Of a stretch of DNA of 64,000 nucleotides, positions 37,716 to 49,100 are shown piece by piece. A program made the position numbers and the translations under genes. Every line of letters starts with the position of its first letter. Position 1 is the first letter of the stretch. Source of the stretch: Candidatus Eiseniibacteriota bacterium (GTDB lineage: Bacteria; Eisenbacteria; RBG-16-71-46); the NCBI GenBank assembly GCA_031364845.1, contig JANLWX010000019.1:3508-67507 (forward strand). The letters run 5' to 3'. The notes under the pieces were generated by a model. It worked only from the letters and a program-made list of their open reading frames with translations, was not told where the DNA came from and did no database searches.

Positions 37716-38636
37716 GTGTTCTCCCGGCTTGCCAACGCATTCGCCGTGCTCCTGCTGCTGGCGGGAACCACGATCGCGTTCGCCTCCATCCAATCCTCGC
37801 ACGGCCCCATCGCGTCTTCGACAGGTGCGCCCGCCGTCGGCGGCAAGCCTGACGAGTGGAACTGCACGCTCTGCCACTACGCCGGTGGCGACAATCTCGA
37901 CACGCCGGGCGGTGGCGTCGCGATCCTCGGCGCGCCGGCCGTCTATGCGCCCGGTCAGACCTATCCCATCACCGTTCGCGTGAACAGCGACTCGACTTCG
38001 TATTCCGCGACGCGCAAGTGGGGATTCCAGATCACGGCCGTGCGCGCGAGCGACGGCACCGGAGTGGGAACGTTCGTGCTTCCGAACCCCGACACGCTGC
38101 AGATTTTGATGGGCGAGGCCGGCGACTTCGCCACGCGCCGTTATGTGGAACACACCTCGGTCGGAACGCGGTCCGGGCTCGGCGGCCCGGTGCAGTGGAC
38201 GTTCTCGTGGCAGGCTCCGGCATCTTCAGCCGGCACGGTCTACTTCTTCTGCGCGGCGAACGCCGCCGATGGCACCGGCGATTCCGGAAACGACTACGTG
38301 TACACGGCGCGCGACACTGCGATCGCGCCGAACGTCGGCATCGTGCCGATCGCCTCGCGAACGGTGCTCGCTCCACCCGCACCGAACCCGGCGCGCGGTC
38401 CGGTCACGCTCCGCTACACGCTCGCCGCGCGAAGCCACATCGAGCTGGCGATCTTCGATCTTCAGGGACGAAGCGTGCGGCGCCTCGCATCGGGATGGCG
38501 CGATGCGGGCCCGGCGAACGTTCGCTGGGACGGCTTGCGTGACGACGGCGCACACGTTTCCAACGGAACGTACTTCGTCCGGCTCGCCACGGGCTCTGGT
38601 CCTGCGTTGACGCGTAAAGTCACGATCGAGCGCTGA
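37716..38636 (+). CDS. Secreted Reeler/choice-of-anchor-V-like protein with CxxCH motif and FlgD-Ig/CTD-like tail
   Basis: GGAG RBS + GTG; signal peptide; TGAP...WNCTLCH, WGFQITA, WTFSWQAP, YFFCAANAADG; tail WDGLRDDG...GTYFVRL. Confidence 0.8.
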   Translation: MFSRLANAFAVLLLLAGTTIAFASIQSSHGPIASSTGAPAVGGKPDEWNCTLCHYAGGDNLDTPGGGVAILGAPAVYAPGQTYPITVRVNSDSTSYSATRKWGFQITAVRASDGTGVGTFVLPNPDTLQILMGEAGDFATRRYVEHTSVGTRSGLGGPVQWTFSWQAPASSAGTVYFFCAANAADGTGDSGNDYVYTARDTAIAPNVGIVPIASRTVLAPPAPNPARGPVTLRYTLAARSHIELAIFDLQGRSVRRLASGWRDAGPANVRWDGLRDDGAHVSNGTYFVRLATGSGPALTRKVTIER

Positions 38637-38686
38637 GCGAAACCTCGCGACTTGCCGAGCCGGCACCGGCGCGGCACAGTGCGCTC

Positions 38687-39148
38687 ATGAACTCGCCCGC
38701 CGCTTCGCATTCGTCGGATCCTGAATTCACGCGCGTCCGCGACAGCTTCGCGCGCCAGATCGCGATGGCGACGCTCGGAGCGACGCTGGCGCGCGTCGCC
38801 GATGGCGAAGTCGACATCGCGCTGCCGTTCCGCGCGGATCTCACGCAACAGCACGGGTTCCTGCACGCCGGCATCCTCGCCACGATCCTCGACAGCGCGT
38901 GCGGCTACGCCGCGTTCTCACGGATGCCCGCGGACGCCGCGGTACTCTCGATCGAGTTCAAGATCAACCTGCTCTCTCCTGCCGCCGGAGAGCGCTTCCT
39001 CGCTCGTGGCCGCGTGCTGCGCTCGGGTCGCACGATCACCGTTTGCCAGGCCGATGGATTCGCGATCACCGGCGATTCGGAGAAGCTGATCGCGACCATG
39101 GTGGGAACCATGATGTGCGTCCGCGACAACCCTGCGCTCAGCGGCTGA
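38687..39148 (+). CDS. PaaI-family thioesterase
   Basis: QQHGFLHAG...DSACGYA, EFKINLLSPA, GRTITV. Confidence 0.9.
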   Translation: MNSPAASHSSDPEFTRVRDSFARQIAMATLGATLARVADGEVDIALPFRADLTQQHGFLHAGILATILDSACGYAAFSRMPADAAVLSIEFKINLLSPAAGERFLARGRVLRSGRTITVCQADGFAITGDSEKLIATMVGTMMCVRDNPALSG

Positions 39149-39180
39149 TCGCCGGGTGCTCTTCAATCACAGGAGGATCC

Positions 39181-39660
39181 GTGTTCTTCCTCGCATTGTT
39201 GTTCTCACTCGCCAGCATCTTCGCCACACCTGCCGCGAAGTCCGGTGCCGTGCCCACGTCTCCCGCGCGCTACTGGGCGCTGCGCCTTGCGCCGGGCCAG
39301 GATCCGCGCGCCGAACTCGAACAGTTCGCCGTGCGCGAGGGCCTGCGCGCCGGCTTCATCGCATCATGCGTGGGAAGCGTGTCGTGCGCTTCCGTGCGTT
39401 TCGCAAATCAGCCCGATCCGACCGTGCGCGAAGGACACTTCGAGATCGTCTCGCTCAGCGGCACGCTCGCAAAAGACGGAATGCACGTGCACGCATCGTT
39501 CTCGGACAGCACGGGTGCAACGTTCGGCGGCCACCTGATGAACGGCTCGCGCGTCTATACGACGGTGGAAGTCGTGATCGGCGAACTGGACCGGCTCACG
39601 TTCGCCAGGGAGTCTGATCCGACGTTCGGATATCGGGAGTTGGTGGTTCGGAAGCGCTGA
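39181..39660 (+). CDS. PPC/DUF296-domain protein with N-terminal signal peptide
   Basis: AGGAGG RBS + GTG 39181; LRLAPGQD, SCVGS, FEIVSLSGTL, HVHASFSD...GGHL, TTVEV. Confidence 0.85.
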   Translation: MFFLALLFSLASIFATPAAKSGAVPTSPARYWALRLAPGQDPRAELEQFAVREGLRAGFIASCVGSVSCASVRFANQPDPTVREGHFEIVSLSGTLAKDGMHVHASFSDSTGATFGGHLMNGSRVYTTVEVVIGELDRLTFARESDPTFGYRELVVRKR

Positions 39661-39718
39661 CTCGTGGGTGCAACGCAGGAGCATCGGCCCGATCGGTGAC
39701 GCTGGACCACCGTTGCCG

Positions 39719-40453
39719 TTATTCACCTTCCGCTTTGATCGTCTCCGCCAGCCGGTAGCCGACGCCGGGTTCGGTGAGCAGCAGTTGCGGCCGGGAAGGA
39801 TTACGTTCCAGCTTGTGCCGCAACTGGGCCATGTAGACGCGAAGGTAGTGATGCTGTGAGGTGTAGGACGGTCCCCACACCTCGCGCAGCAGATGGTCGT
39901 GCGTGAGCACTTTGCCCGGATGTTGCGCGAGCGCGGCGAGCAGGCGGTATTCGCGCGGAGTCAGATGCACGTCGCGGCCCGCAATCGACACGACCCGCCT
40001 GCCGCGATCGATCTGCAGTTCCCCGACCACGACGGTCCCTCCCTCGCTGTTGGCACCCGCCTGCGCTTGCCGGCGCAAAGCGGCGCGAATGCGGGCGAGC
40101 AGCTCTCCCATCGCAAACGGCTTGGTGACGTAGTCATCCGCCCCGGCATCGAGCGCGCGGATCTTGTCGCCTTCCTGCCCGCGCGCCGACAGCACGATGA
40201 TCGGCACCGTCGACCACTCGCGAAGGCGCCGCGTGACTTCGAATCCATCCATGTCGGGGAGGCCGATATCGAGCAGCACGACGTCAGGCGGACGCATCGC
40301 GGCCGAAACGATTCCTTCCTCGCCGGTGGCGGCTTCGATGAGCTGAAAGTCCTGTCCAACGAGTGCTGCACGCAGGAAGCGGCGCATCGGCTGCTCGTCC
40401 TCGATGACGAGCAGCAGGACCGGAGGACGGATCGGCTCCTTGGGTTCGGTCAT
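39719..40453 (-). CDS. kdpE: Response regulator KdpE
   Basis: IEDE, LLDIGLPDMDG, GADDYVTKPF, OmpR-type winged HTH, TEPGVGYR. Confidence 0.95.
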   Translation of the reverse strand: MTEPKEPIRPPVLLLVIEDEQPMRRFLRAALVGQDFQLIEAATGEEGIVSAAMRPPDVVLLDIGLPDMDGFEVTRRLREWSTVPIIVLSARGQEGDKIRALDAGADDYVTKPFAMGELLARIRAALRRQAQAGANSEGGTVVVGELQIDRGRRVVSIAGRDVHLTPREYRLLAALAQHPGKVLTHDHLLREVWGPSYTSQHHYLRVYMAQLRHKLERNPSRPQLLLTEPGVGYRLAETIKAEGE

Positions 40454-43218
40454 GAAGTGCCCAGCGGCGCATCGAGAGCCGATGCCGATTCCTCGTCTTC
40501 GACCCGCGGCGGATCACCCGCGATCGGCAATGTGACCGTCATGATGGCTCCCCCGCCGGGCCGATTGGCGGCGGTCAGCGATCCTCCGTGTGCCGCGATG
40601 ATGCCGTGGCAGATCGTGAGCCCGAGCCCCGAGCCGCGCTGGGCGCCGGCGTCCGAGCCCCGATAGAATTTCTCGAACACACGCGTCTCCTCCCCCGGCT
40701 CGAATCCGCGGCCATGGTCGCCGACTTCGATGATCAACGCATCCGGTCGTTCATCCTTCGTCGAATTCCCGTGGAACGGCACGCGCTTGCGCAATCGTGC
40801 GGACAGCTCGATCGGCGTGCTCGATGGTGAATACTTGAGTGCGTTGTCCACCAGATTGAAGAGCACCTGTTCCAGCATCAGTTCGTCGAGTGGAACGAGC
40901 GGCATTTCCGGAGGCAATTGCACGTCGACGACCCGGCTGCCGATGGCGGGCTCGAGCCTCGCCAGCGTGGAACCCACGATCTCCTCCAACGAGTGCCACC
41001 CCCTGTTGACGGTGACTCCACCCGATTCGAGTCGTGTCATGTCGAGCAGATTTCCAACCAGACGATTGAGGCGTCCCGCCTCCTCGAAAATCGTGTCGAG
41101 CAGTTCCCGTCGCTCGGCGGGTGATGACGCGCTCTGCTCCGATCGCAGGCTGCTCGCAGCACCCGTGATCACTGCGAGCGGCGTGCGAAGATCGTGCGAC
41201 ACCGAACTCAACAGCGCATTGCGAAGGCGCTCGGTTTCCACCGCGCTGCGCGCCAGTTCCTCACGAGCCGCGAGTTGGGCACGCTCGAGCGCCAGCGCCG
41301 TTTGGTCGGCGAACGTTTGGAGCAGGCGGAACCGGCTCGGGTCGCGGATCGCGCCAGAATGCCGCGGACTCACGCCGAGGATTCCAAGACTTTCCCGGGT
41401 TCCGGTCAACGGGATGTAGAGCCCGCGCGACGCGGGCAACGTGTCGGTCTCGAGGCCGGCCGGCTGCGCGTGATCGAACGCCCACTGTGCTACACCCAAC
41501 TCGTGACCGGGTCCGCCGAACAGATCCAGGTCGCCCGCCGCAGGCGCCAGCCGGCCCGCTTCTCCGGGCAGCAGCACGGCCACGGCGCAATCGAAGACAT
41601 CGCCCACTCGATGGACGGCTACACCAATGACCTGCTGGGGATCGCTGCTGGCAGACAATTCGCGGCTGAGCTGGAACAATGCCGCGGTCCGCAACTCCCG
41701 CTGTCGGGCCGCGTGGGCCTGGTCTCTGAGCCTCGCAGCGAGGGTCCCGATCACCAGGGCCACAGAGAGCATGACGGCGAACGTCACGCCATACTGTGTG
41801 TCGGAGACGGCGAACGTGAAGTAGGGCGGCACGAAACAGAAGTCGAAGACGGCAACGCTCAGAACCGCGGCAAGGATCGCGGGCCACCGGCCGAATGCCA
41901 CGGCGCTCACGACGACCCCCAGTAGATAGACCATGACCAGGTTCGACTCGTCGAATGCGGGGCGCATCGCCCATGCGGCGAGGCTCGCCACCGCCACGAT
42001 CGCGAGCGCGCCGGCGTAGGAGCGCGGATCGACGCGCGCCGGCTGAGGACGGGGTTCTGGGTCGGCCACGCGAGTGTCTTCGCCTCGGATCACGAACACG
42101 TCGATCTCGCGGCTGTCCCGGACCAGTGCGCTCACGAGCGAGCCTGAGACCGCTTCGAGCCAGCGTGGGCGCGTCGGCTTGCCGACGACGATGCGCGTGA
42201 CGTTGCGTGCCCGCGCAAATGCCAGAAGTTCGTCGCTGACGCGCAGGCCACTCAACATTGCGCACTCGGCCCCGAGTTCCTCGGCCAGTCCCATGACGTC
42301 CACGATGTGATCGCGAATGCCTGCGTTCTCGCGCAGCAGGGCCGGAGTCTCGACGTAGGCGACGATCCACTCGGCGCGCAGCGCGTCGGACATCGTGCGT
42401 GCGGCGCGCACCAGCCTCAGCCCCACACTCGGATCTCCGATCGCAACCAGAATGCGCTCGTTAACCGGCCACGAGCGCACGAGGCCCTCGGCCTTGCGGT
42501 AGATGTCCATCTGCGCATCGACGCGACGGGCGGTGCGGCGCAGGGCGAGCTCGCGCAGGGCGATGAGATTGCCTTTGCGAAAGAAATTGTCCTGCGCCTG
42601 GCGAGCCTGCTCGGGCAAGTAGACTTTGCCCTCGCGCAGTCGCTGCAGCAGGTCGTCCGGGGGGAGATCGACGATCTCGATCTCGTCGGCCCGGTCGATG
42701 ATCGAGTCGGGAACCGTCTCACGCACGGTCACCCCGGTGATCTGGGCGACGATGTCGATCAGGCTCTCGACATGCTGAACGTTGAGCGTGGTGTCGACAT
42801 CGATCCCCGCGGCGAGGAGTTCCTCGACGTCTTGCCAGCGCTTGGCGTGGCGTGATCCGGGCGCATTGGAGTGCGCCAGTTCGTCGAGCAGCAGCAGGCG
42901 GGGCTTGCGGGCGAGTGCCTCGTCAAGATCGAATTCTTCGATCGATGCCGCGCGATGTTCGAGGCGCTTGCGCGGCAGCATCTCGAGACCGTCGAGGAGC
43001 GCGGCGGTCTCTGCACGACCATGCGTTTCCACGATCCCGACCACCACATCGATCCCGGAGCGTTTGCGCTCGTGCGCCTCTTCCAGCATGGCGAACGTCT
43101 TGCCGACACCCGCTGAGGCGCCGAAGAAGATCTTGAGGCGCGCTCGCGCACCCTCCGACTCCTCGTGTCGAATCCGTTTCAGCAGCTCATCGGGATTGGG
43201 GCGCGGCGAATCGGTCAT
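40450..43218 (-). CDS. kdpD: Sensor histidine kinase KdpD
   Basis: GASAGVGKT, DELAHSN, RWQDVEELL, USP domain, 4 TM, GAF, SVSHDLRTPL, NLVDNALKY. Confidence 0.95.
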   Translation of the reverse strand: MTDSPRPNPDELLKRIRHEESEGARARLKIFFGASAGVGKTFAMLEEAHERKRSGIDVVVGIVETHGRAETAALLDGLEMLPRKRLEHRAASIEEFDLDEALARKPRLLLLDELAHSNAPGSRHAKRWQDVEELLAAGIDVDTTLNVQHVESLIDIVAQITGVTVRETVPDSIIDRADEIEIVDLPPDDLLQRLREGKVYLPEQARQAQDNFFRKGNLIALRELALRRTARRVDAQMDIYRKAEGLVRSWPVNERILVAIGDPSVGLRLVRAARTMSDALRAEWIVAYVETPALLRENAGIRDHIVDVMGLAEELGAECAMLSGLRVSDELLAFARARNVTRIVVGKPTRPRWLEAVSGSLVSALVRDSREIDVFVIRGEDTRVADPEPRPQPARVDPRSYAGALAIVAVASLAAWAMRPAFDESNLVMVYLLGVVVSAVAFGRWPAILAAVLSVAVFDFCFVPPYFTFAVSDTQYGVTFAVMLSVALVIGTLAARLRDQAHAARQRELRTAALFQLSRELSASSDPQQVIGVAVHRVGDVFDCAVAVLLPGEAGRLAPAAGDLDLFGGPGHELGVAQWAFDHAQPAGLETDTLPASRGLYIPLTGTRESLGILGVSPRHSGAIRDPSRFRLLQTFADQTALALERAQLAAREELARSAVETERLRNALLSSVSHDLRTPLAVITGAASSLRSEQSASSPAERRELLDTIFEEAGRLNRLVGNLLDMTRLESGGVTVNRGWHSLEEIVGSTLARLEPAIGSRVVDVQLPPEMPLVPLDELMLEQVLFNLVDNALKYSPSSTPIELSARLRKRVPFHGNSTKDERPDALIIEVGDHGRGFEPGEETRVFEKFYRGSDAGAQRGSGLGLTICHGIIAAHGGSLTAANRPGGGAIMTVTLPIAGDPPRVEDEESASALDAPLGTS

Positions 43219-43263
43219 GGGCTCGAGGGCCTGTTCTGCCTTTCAACAGCTTCCGAAGCTCGA

Positions 43264-44345
43264 CTAGTACGTGAGCGCGATCCCCAACGCCCATGTGATC
43301 TGCTCGCGTTCTCCGTCGAAGACGATGCGACTGGAGTGATCATAACGGAGTTCAGGACGGATGATCATGCTGGAGGCCGGGTGATAGTTGAGGGTCGCAG
43401 TGAGACTCTCGATCCGCTGCCATCGAGCGCGGGGTATCCCAACACTCCGGAGGTTCGTGCGCCGTCGGCATCGTCCAACACGTCGCCGCGCGATGCGAGC
43501 GTTCCGGCGCCACCGACCGGAATCGTCCACCAGAGTCCGGCGCCCCAGAATTTTGCCTCAATGCCGTCTTCGGAACCGGCATCGAACTGCGCGGTCACGG
43601 TGGTCGGTCCGAGTAGCGTGGTGGCGAGGATCTCGCCGCCGGTGCGCAGGTCACCATCGTTGCCGGCCCGCTCGGGCCCGGCATACCCGAGCAGTGCGAC
43701 ACTGGTGCCGGACTGCGGTGTCCAGGTCAGGCGGCCCATCACCGTCTTGGCGGTGTTGTTGTCGACTGCAAGGTCCCATCCATTGAACACAGCGAGGCGA
43801 ATGGCCCAGATTGGATTGATGCTCCAACTGGCGTCCACTCCGACGTGCGTGAAGTCTTCGAGGAAGATGAACTGATTGCCCACCGACAGGTTCGGGTTGA
43901 GCGGGCTTTCGATTACTTCGAGTCCCATGATGCTCGCGAACTTGCCCGCGGAGAGCTGCACACTTCCGGAACGCGTGGGCCGGTTCAAGGTGACGAACGC
44001 CTGCACGAGATCGGCTTGTGGGCCGATGTCCAAACCGGCGGCGTGAATGCCTGTCGCCGAAGCTCCATACAGCAACCGGGCCGTGAATCCCGCCATCGCG
44101 CGGTCCAGAGCGATCGGCCGATCGATCCCGATCTCGAACGCATTGAGGCTGAACTGGTCCTGTCGCTGTCCGTACAGACTGCCCACGATGAAGCCGCTCC
44201 GATCCGCGGACGAATGCTGCGCGGAGGTTTCGACGAAGCCCGAGATCCGGGGGCTGTCGCTCGTGAGTTGCGCATTCGCGATCGACCCTGTGATCAGTAT
44301 CAACGCGAACGCGAACACGGCAACATGACTTCGAAGGCGCGGCAT
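43264..44345 (-). pseudogene. Outer-membrane beta-barrel porin in the kdp operon, with a single-base frameshift near 43420 (real or sequencing error)
   Basis: Signal peptide; QFSLNAFEI, GKFASIMGLEVIE, FNGWD. GYPALDG continues as QRIESLTATLNYHP...RPELRYD...LGIALTY* in another frame. Confidence 0.8.
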
Positions 44346-44375
44346 TGTGAGTCCTCCTGGTCTGCCGATCGGGAC

Positions 44376-44963
44376 CTAACGCGCAGCCGGAACCAGGGCG
44401 GAGTCGAGTGCTTGATTGAGCTGGAGCACGTTCACGACCGGCTCGCCGAGCAGCCCCAGGGTTCGCCCGGTCGTGAAACGCTGGACGAGTGCCTGCACGC
44501 GATCGACGGGTACCCCCCGCGCACGCGCGACCCGATGAACCTGATACGCGGCCGCCGCCGGGCTGATATGGGGATCGAGGCCGCTGCCGGAGGCGGTGAC
44601 GAGATCGACGGGCACGGATGCGCCGGCCTCCGGATCGGCGGCCTCGAGCGCAACGATTCGCGCGTGCGCCGCAGCAACGAGCGCCGGATTCAGCGGCCCG
44701 TAGTTCGAGCCGGATGACGCGGCCGCGTTGTACGGAATGGGACCGGTCGCCGACAAGCGACCCCAGAAGTACTTCGGCTCATCGAACGTCTGTCCGATCA
44801 AACGTGAGCCGGTAGAAATTCCGCCCGCCCTGATCAGACTCCCGCCAGCCTGACTCGGAAACAATCCCCGGGCGAGCGCAGTGACGGCGAGCGGATAGAG
44901 GACTCCGGTCACGATCGTCATGAGCAGCAACACCACCAGCGCCGGACGCAGTTCGCTTCGCAT
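44376..44963 (-). CDS. kdpC: K+-transporting ATPase subunit C
   Basis: YPLAVT, GSRLIGQ, YFWGRLS, SGSNYGP, DLVTASGSGLDPHISP. Confidence 0.96.
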   Translation of the reverse strand: MRSELRPALVVLLLMTIVTGVLYPLAVTALARGLFPSQAGGSLIRAGGISTGSRLIGQTFDEPKYFWGRLSATGPIPYNAAASSGSNYGPLNPALVAAAHARIVALEAADPEAGASVPVDLVTASGSGLDPHISPAAAAYQVHRVARARGVPVDRVQALVQRFTTGRTLGLLGEPVVNVLQLNQALDSALVPAAR

Positions 44964-44972
44964 TGTCGGACC

Positions 44973-47042
44973 TCAGACCAGGTGGAGGACGGTGAGCAGC
45001 ATGTCGATCGCCTTGATGCCGGCGAACGGCACGATCAGCCCGCCGACTCCATAGATGAGCACGTTGTTGCGCAGGACTGCTGCGGCACCGAGCGGGCGGT
45101 ACCGCACGCCCCGCAAGGCCAGCGGGATCAGCGCAATGATGATCAGCGCGTTGAAGATCACGGCAGACATGATGGCGCTCGACGGCGATGTCAGCCGCAT
45201 GATGTTGAGCGCATCGAGTGCGGGATAAGTGGTGACGAATACCGCAGGAATGATCGCAAAGTACTTCGCAACGTCGTTCGCGACGCTGAATGTCGTGAGC
45301 GCGCCGCGCGTCATGAGCAACTGTTTGCCGGTTTCGACGATCTCGATCAGCTTGGTCGGGTTCGAGTCGAGATCGACCATGTTCCCGGCTTCCTTGGCCG
45401 CCTGGGTGCCCGAGTTCATTGCAACCGCAACATCCGCCTGCGCCAGGGCCGGAGCGTCGTTGGTGCCGTCGCCCGTCATCGCCACCAACCGGCCTCCCGC
45501 CTGGTGCTCGCGGATCAGCTTGAGCTTGGCTTCCGGCGTTGCCTCGGCGAGAAAGTCGTCCACACCCGCTTCGGCCGCGATCGCGGCTGCGGTCAGAGGA
45601 TTGTCGCCGGTGATCATGATGGTCTTGATCCCCATGCGTCGCAGATGCGCGAAACGATCCTTGATGCCGCCCTTGACGATGTCCTTGAGCCGGATCGCGC
45701 CGAGCACCGTCGCGTTTTCCGCGACCACGAGCGGAGTGGCGCCCTGGCGCGCGATGTGGTCGACCGCCGTTCGAACCTCATGAGGGAATTCGCCGCCCTG
45801 CGCGCGCACGAACGCCTCGATCGCGTCGGTGGCACCCTTGCGGACCATTCGCACACCGAGATCGACACCACTCATGCGCGTCTGCGCGGTGAACGGGACG
45901 AAACGCGCGCCGATCGATTGAATATCACGCTCCCGAATGCCGAACTGCTCCTTGGCCAGCACGACGATGCTGCGGCCTTCGGGTGTTTCATCGGAGAGAG
46001 ATGAGAGTTGAGCCGCGTCGGCGAGTTGCTCGAGGCTGATTCCGGGAGCTGGAACGAATTCTGTGGCCTGGCGGTTCCCGAGCGTGATGGTTCCGGTCTT
46101 GTCGAGCAGCAGCACATCGACGTCACCCGCCGCCTCGACGGCGCGGCCGGACATGGCGACGACATTGTCCTGCGTCAGCCGATCCATCCCGGCGATGCCG
46201 ATTGCGGACAACAGACCGCCGATGGTGGTCGGAATCAGGCACACGAGCAGGGCGCTCAGCGCGGTCACCGTGATCGGCGTGCCGCTGCCTGCGACCGACA
46301 CGCTGTAGAGCGAGAATGGCAGCAAGGTTGCCGTGGCGATCAGGAACACCAGCGTGAGCGCGGCGAGCAGAATGTTGAGCGCGATCTCGTTCGGTGTCTT
46401 CTGGCGCTTTGCGCCTTCGACCATGCTGATCATGCGGTCGAGAAATGTTTCTCCCGGATTCGCCGTGACGCGCAGCACGAGCCAGTCGGAAAGGATTCGC
46501 GTCCCGCCGGTCACCGCACTTCGATCCCCGCCGCTTTCGCGGATCACGGGAGCGCTCTCTCCGGTGATCGCACTCTCGTCCACCGACGCGACACCCTCGA
46601 TGACTTCGGCGTCGCATGGGATGCGGTCGCCCGCGGCGACCACCACATGATCGCCCTTGCGAAGGGTCGTCGCGGGGACGGCCTGGAAAGTCACTCGATC
46701 AGCGGGATCATCGAGCTTCTTTGCGAACACGTCAGCCCGTGCCCGGCGCATCGATTCAGCCTGCGCCTTGCCCCGGCCTTCGGCCATCGCCTCGGCAAAG
46801 TTCGCGAACAGCACGGTGAACCACAGCCAGACCGAGACGCTGAGGATGAAGCTCGCAGGAGCCTCGCCGTGGCCTCCGAGCGCCTGAAACCCGAGGACCG
46901 TGGTCAATGCCGCGGTGACGACGACCACGAACATCACGGGATTGCGCAACTGCACCCGCGGGTCGAGCTTGATGAATGCCTCGAGGGCGGCACGACGCGC
47001 AATTTTCGGTTCGAACAGCGGACGGGCCTCGAGTCTCGACAT
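44973..47042 (-). CDS. kdpB: K+-transporting ATPase subunit B
   Basis: TGES, IPTTIGG, DKTGT, TGDNP, GDGTND; AGGAG RBS before ATG 47042. Confidence 0.97.
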   Translation of the reverse strand: MSRLEARPLFEPKIARRAALEAFIKLDPRVQLRNPVMFVVVVTAALTTVLGFQALGGHGEAPASFILSVSVWLWFTVLFANFAEAMAEGRGKAQAESMRRARADVFAKKLDDPADRVTFQAVPATTLRKGDHVVVAAGDRIPCDAEVIEGVASVDESAITGESAPVIRESGGDRSAVTGGTRILSDWLVLRVTANPGETFLDRMISMVEGAKRQKTPNEIALNILLAALTLVFLIATATLLPFSLYSVSVAGSGTPITVTALSALLVCLIPTTIGGLLSAIGIAGMDRLTQDNVVAMSGRAVEAAGDVDVLLLDKTGTITLGNRQATEFVPAPGISLEQLADAAQLSSLSDETPEGRSIVVLAKEQFGIRERDIQSIGARFVPFTAQTRMSGVDLGVRMVRKGATDAIEAFVRAQGGEFPHEVRTAVDHIARQGATPLVVAENATVLGAIRLKDIVKGGIKDRFAHLRRMGIKTIMITGDNPLTAAAIAAEAGVDDFLAEATPEAKLKLIREHQAGGRLVAMTGDGTNDAPALAQADVAVAMNSGTQAAKEAGNMVDLDSNPTKLIEIVETGKQLLMTRGALTTFSVANDVAKYFAIIPAVFVTTYPALDALNIMRLTSPSSAIMSAVIFNALIIIALIPLALRGVRYRPLGAAAVLRNNVLIYGVGGLIVPFAGIKAIDMLLTVLHLV

Positions 47043-47100
47043 CGGTCGCTCCTGCAATGATGATGTGTTCGGTCTTCGTCGTTTTCGTGAACGGTGAGCG

Positions 47101-48843
47101 TCAGCGGGCGCCGAGTTGCAAATGCTCCACGATGGGCCCCAGCGCGAGCGCCGGGAAGAACGCGAGCGCCCCCACGATCAGCACCACACTCAGGAGCAGA
47201 ACGACGAACAACGGCGTATGCGTGGGAAGCGTGCCCGCACCGGCCGCAACTTTCTTCTTCGCGGCCAGCGATCCCGCGATCGCGAGCACCGGCACCGCGA
47301 GCCAGAAGCGACCGATCAGCATCGCGATCCCGAGCAACAGATCGTAGAACGGATGGTTCGCGCCCAGGCCGGCGAAGGCGCTGCCATTGTTGTTCGAGGC
47401 GGAACTCACGGCGTACAGGACTTCGGTGAATCCGTGCGGGCCGGGATTGAAGATGCCGGCCCGACCCGCGGCGGTCATGACCGCGATCGCGGTTCCAAGC
47501 TTGACCGTCAGCGGCGGGATCAGGATGACGAGCGAAGCCATCGTCATCTCGCGCGCTTCGATCTTCTTGCCGAGATACTCCGGGGTCCGTCCCACCATGA
47601 GGCCGGAGATGAATACGGCGGTGAGCGCGAACATCAACATGCCGTAGAGCCCAGAACCGACACCGCCGAAGACGACCTCGCCCAGCTGAATGAGCACCAG
47701 CGGAACGAGCCCGCCCAGCGGCAGGAATGAGTCGTGCATCGAGTTCACGGACCCGTTCGAGGCCGCGGTCGTGGCGGTCGCCCAGATCGCAGAGTTCACC
47801 GGACCGAAACGCGCCTCTTTGCCTTCCATGTTGCCGCCCGGCTGAAGGGCCGTGGCGCGCGAATCGACACCGAGTGCCGTGAGGCGCGGGTTCGCAGACC
47901 GCTCGACCCAAACATTCACGATCATCAAGGCGACGAAGATGATCGCCATGGCGGCGAAAATTGCCCACCCCTGCCGCCGGTCGCCGACCAACTTGCCGAA
48001 CGTGAAACACATCGCCACCGGAATGAGCAGGATCGCGATCAGCTGGAGGAAATTGGAGAGCGGCGTCGGATTCTCGAGCGGATGCGCCGAGTTCGTGTTG
48101 AAGAACCCGCCGCCATTGGTGCCGAGCTGCTTGATCGCGATCTGCGAAGCGGCGGGTCCGACAGCGATCTGTTGTTCGGTGACCGGCTGGTTCTCGGAGT
48201 CCACGGTGGGCTGAGTGAGCGTGACCGCGCGGGTCGCACCGAGCGTCTGGACGACGCCCTGCGAAACCATGGCGAGCGCCAGCACGAGCGACAGCGGCAG
48301 CAGGATGTAGAGCGTCGAGCGCGTCAGGTCGACGTAGAAGTTGCCGATGGTCGCAGCGGAGTGACGAACGAATCCGCGCACCAGGGCTGCCAGCACCGCG
48401 ATGCCGGTCGCCGCCGAAACGAAGTTCTGCACCGTGAGGCCCAGCATCTGGGTCAGATAGCTCATCGTGACTTCGCCGGAATAGCTCTGCCAGTTCGTAT
48501 TGGACACGAAGCTCACGGCGGTGTTGAAGGCGAGGTGTGGTGGGACGCCCGGCAGTCCTGCGGGATTGAGGGGCAACGCGCCTTGCACTCGTTGAAGCAC
48601 ATAGACCACGAGCACGCCGGCGGTGCTGAACACGAGCATGGCAACCGCATAGCGACGCCAGCTCATCTCACTTCGTGGATCCACTCCCGCGATGCGGTAG
48701 ATGCCGCTCTCCAGCCACCCGAGCACCGGCTCGAGCGTTCGGCGACCCTCCAGCACGCGGGCTATGTACAAGCCCAGCGGCCAGCCCGCCGCCACCAGCA
48801 CGCCCACGTACAGCACGACCTGCGTCCACGCGTTCGAATTCAT
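47101..48843 (-). CDS. kdpA: K+-transporting ATPase subunit A
   Basis: [42 protein letters not shown]. Confidence 0.97.
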   Translation of the reverse strand: MNSNAWTQVVLYVGVLVAAGWPLGLYIARVLEGRRTLEPVLGWLESGIYRIAGVDPRSEMSWRRYAVAMLVFSTAGVLVVYVLQRVQGALPLNPAGLPGVPPHLAFNTAVSFVSNTNWQSYSGEVTMSYLTQMLGLTVQNFVSAATGIAVLAALVRGFVRHSAATIGNFYVDLTRSTLYILLPLSLVLALAMVSQGVVQTLGATRAVTLTQPTVDSENQPVTEQQIAVGPAASQIAIKQLGTNGGGFFNTNSAHPLENPTPLSNFLQLIAILLIPVAMCFTFGKLVGDRRQGWAIFAAMAIIFVALMIVNVWVERSANPRLTALGVDSRATALQPGGNMEGKEARFGPVNSAIWATATTAASNGSVNSMHDSFLPLGGLVPLVLIQLGEVVFGGVGSGLYGMLMFALTAVFISGLMVGRTPEYLGKKIEAREMTMASLVILIPPLTVKLGTAIAVMTAAGRAGIFNPGPHGFTEVLYAVSSASNNNGSAFAGLGANHPFYDLLLGIAMLIGRFWLAVPVLAIAGSLAAKKKVAAGAGTLPTHTPLFVVLLLSVVLIVGALAFFPALALGPIVEHLQLGAR

Positions 48844-48932
48844 CAGAACTTCTCCGGTCGCAAGAGCGCATAGAGCAGATACACGAACAGCACGATGGTG
48901 ATGACACCCCCGACGACGTAGAGAGTATTCAT
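48843..48932 (-). CDS. kdpF: KdpF small subunit (29 aa; not in the ORF track)
   Basis: MNTLYVVGGVITIVLFVYLLYALLRPEKF*; TGATG overlap with the kdpA start. Confidence 0.92.
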   Translation of the reverse strand: MNTLYVVGGVITIVLFVYLLYALLRPEKF

Positions 48933-48939
48933 GAGCGCA

Positions 48940-49026
48940 TCACCTCGGCTTCTCGTCACGTCCCACCAGCAGGACGAGACTTCCGAAGAACACCACGATC
49001 AGCCCGATCATCATCACGTCCCACAT
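48940..49026 (-). CDS. Second small hydrophobic peptide upstream of kdpF (28 aa)
   Basis: GGAGG RBS; MWDVMMIGLIVVFFGSLVLLVGRDEKPR*; stop lies 7 nt before the kdpF ATG. Confidence 0.7.
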   Translation of the reverse strand: MWDVMMIGLIVVFFGSLVLLVGRDEKPR

Positions 49027-49100
49027 GTGTCCTCCCCTCGTTGCAGGAACGATTGGACACGACGGAGGGCCGGGCGGCGAGTACGGATCGCGGCACCGGG

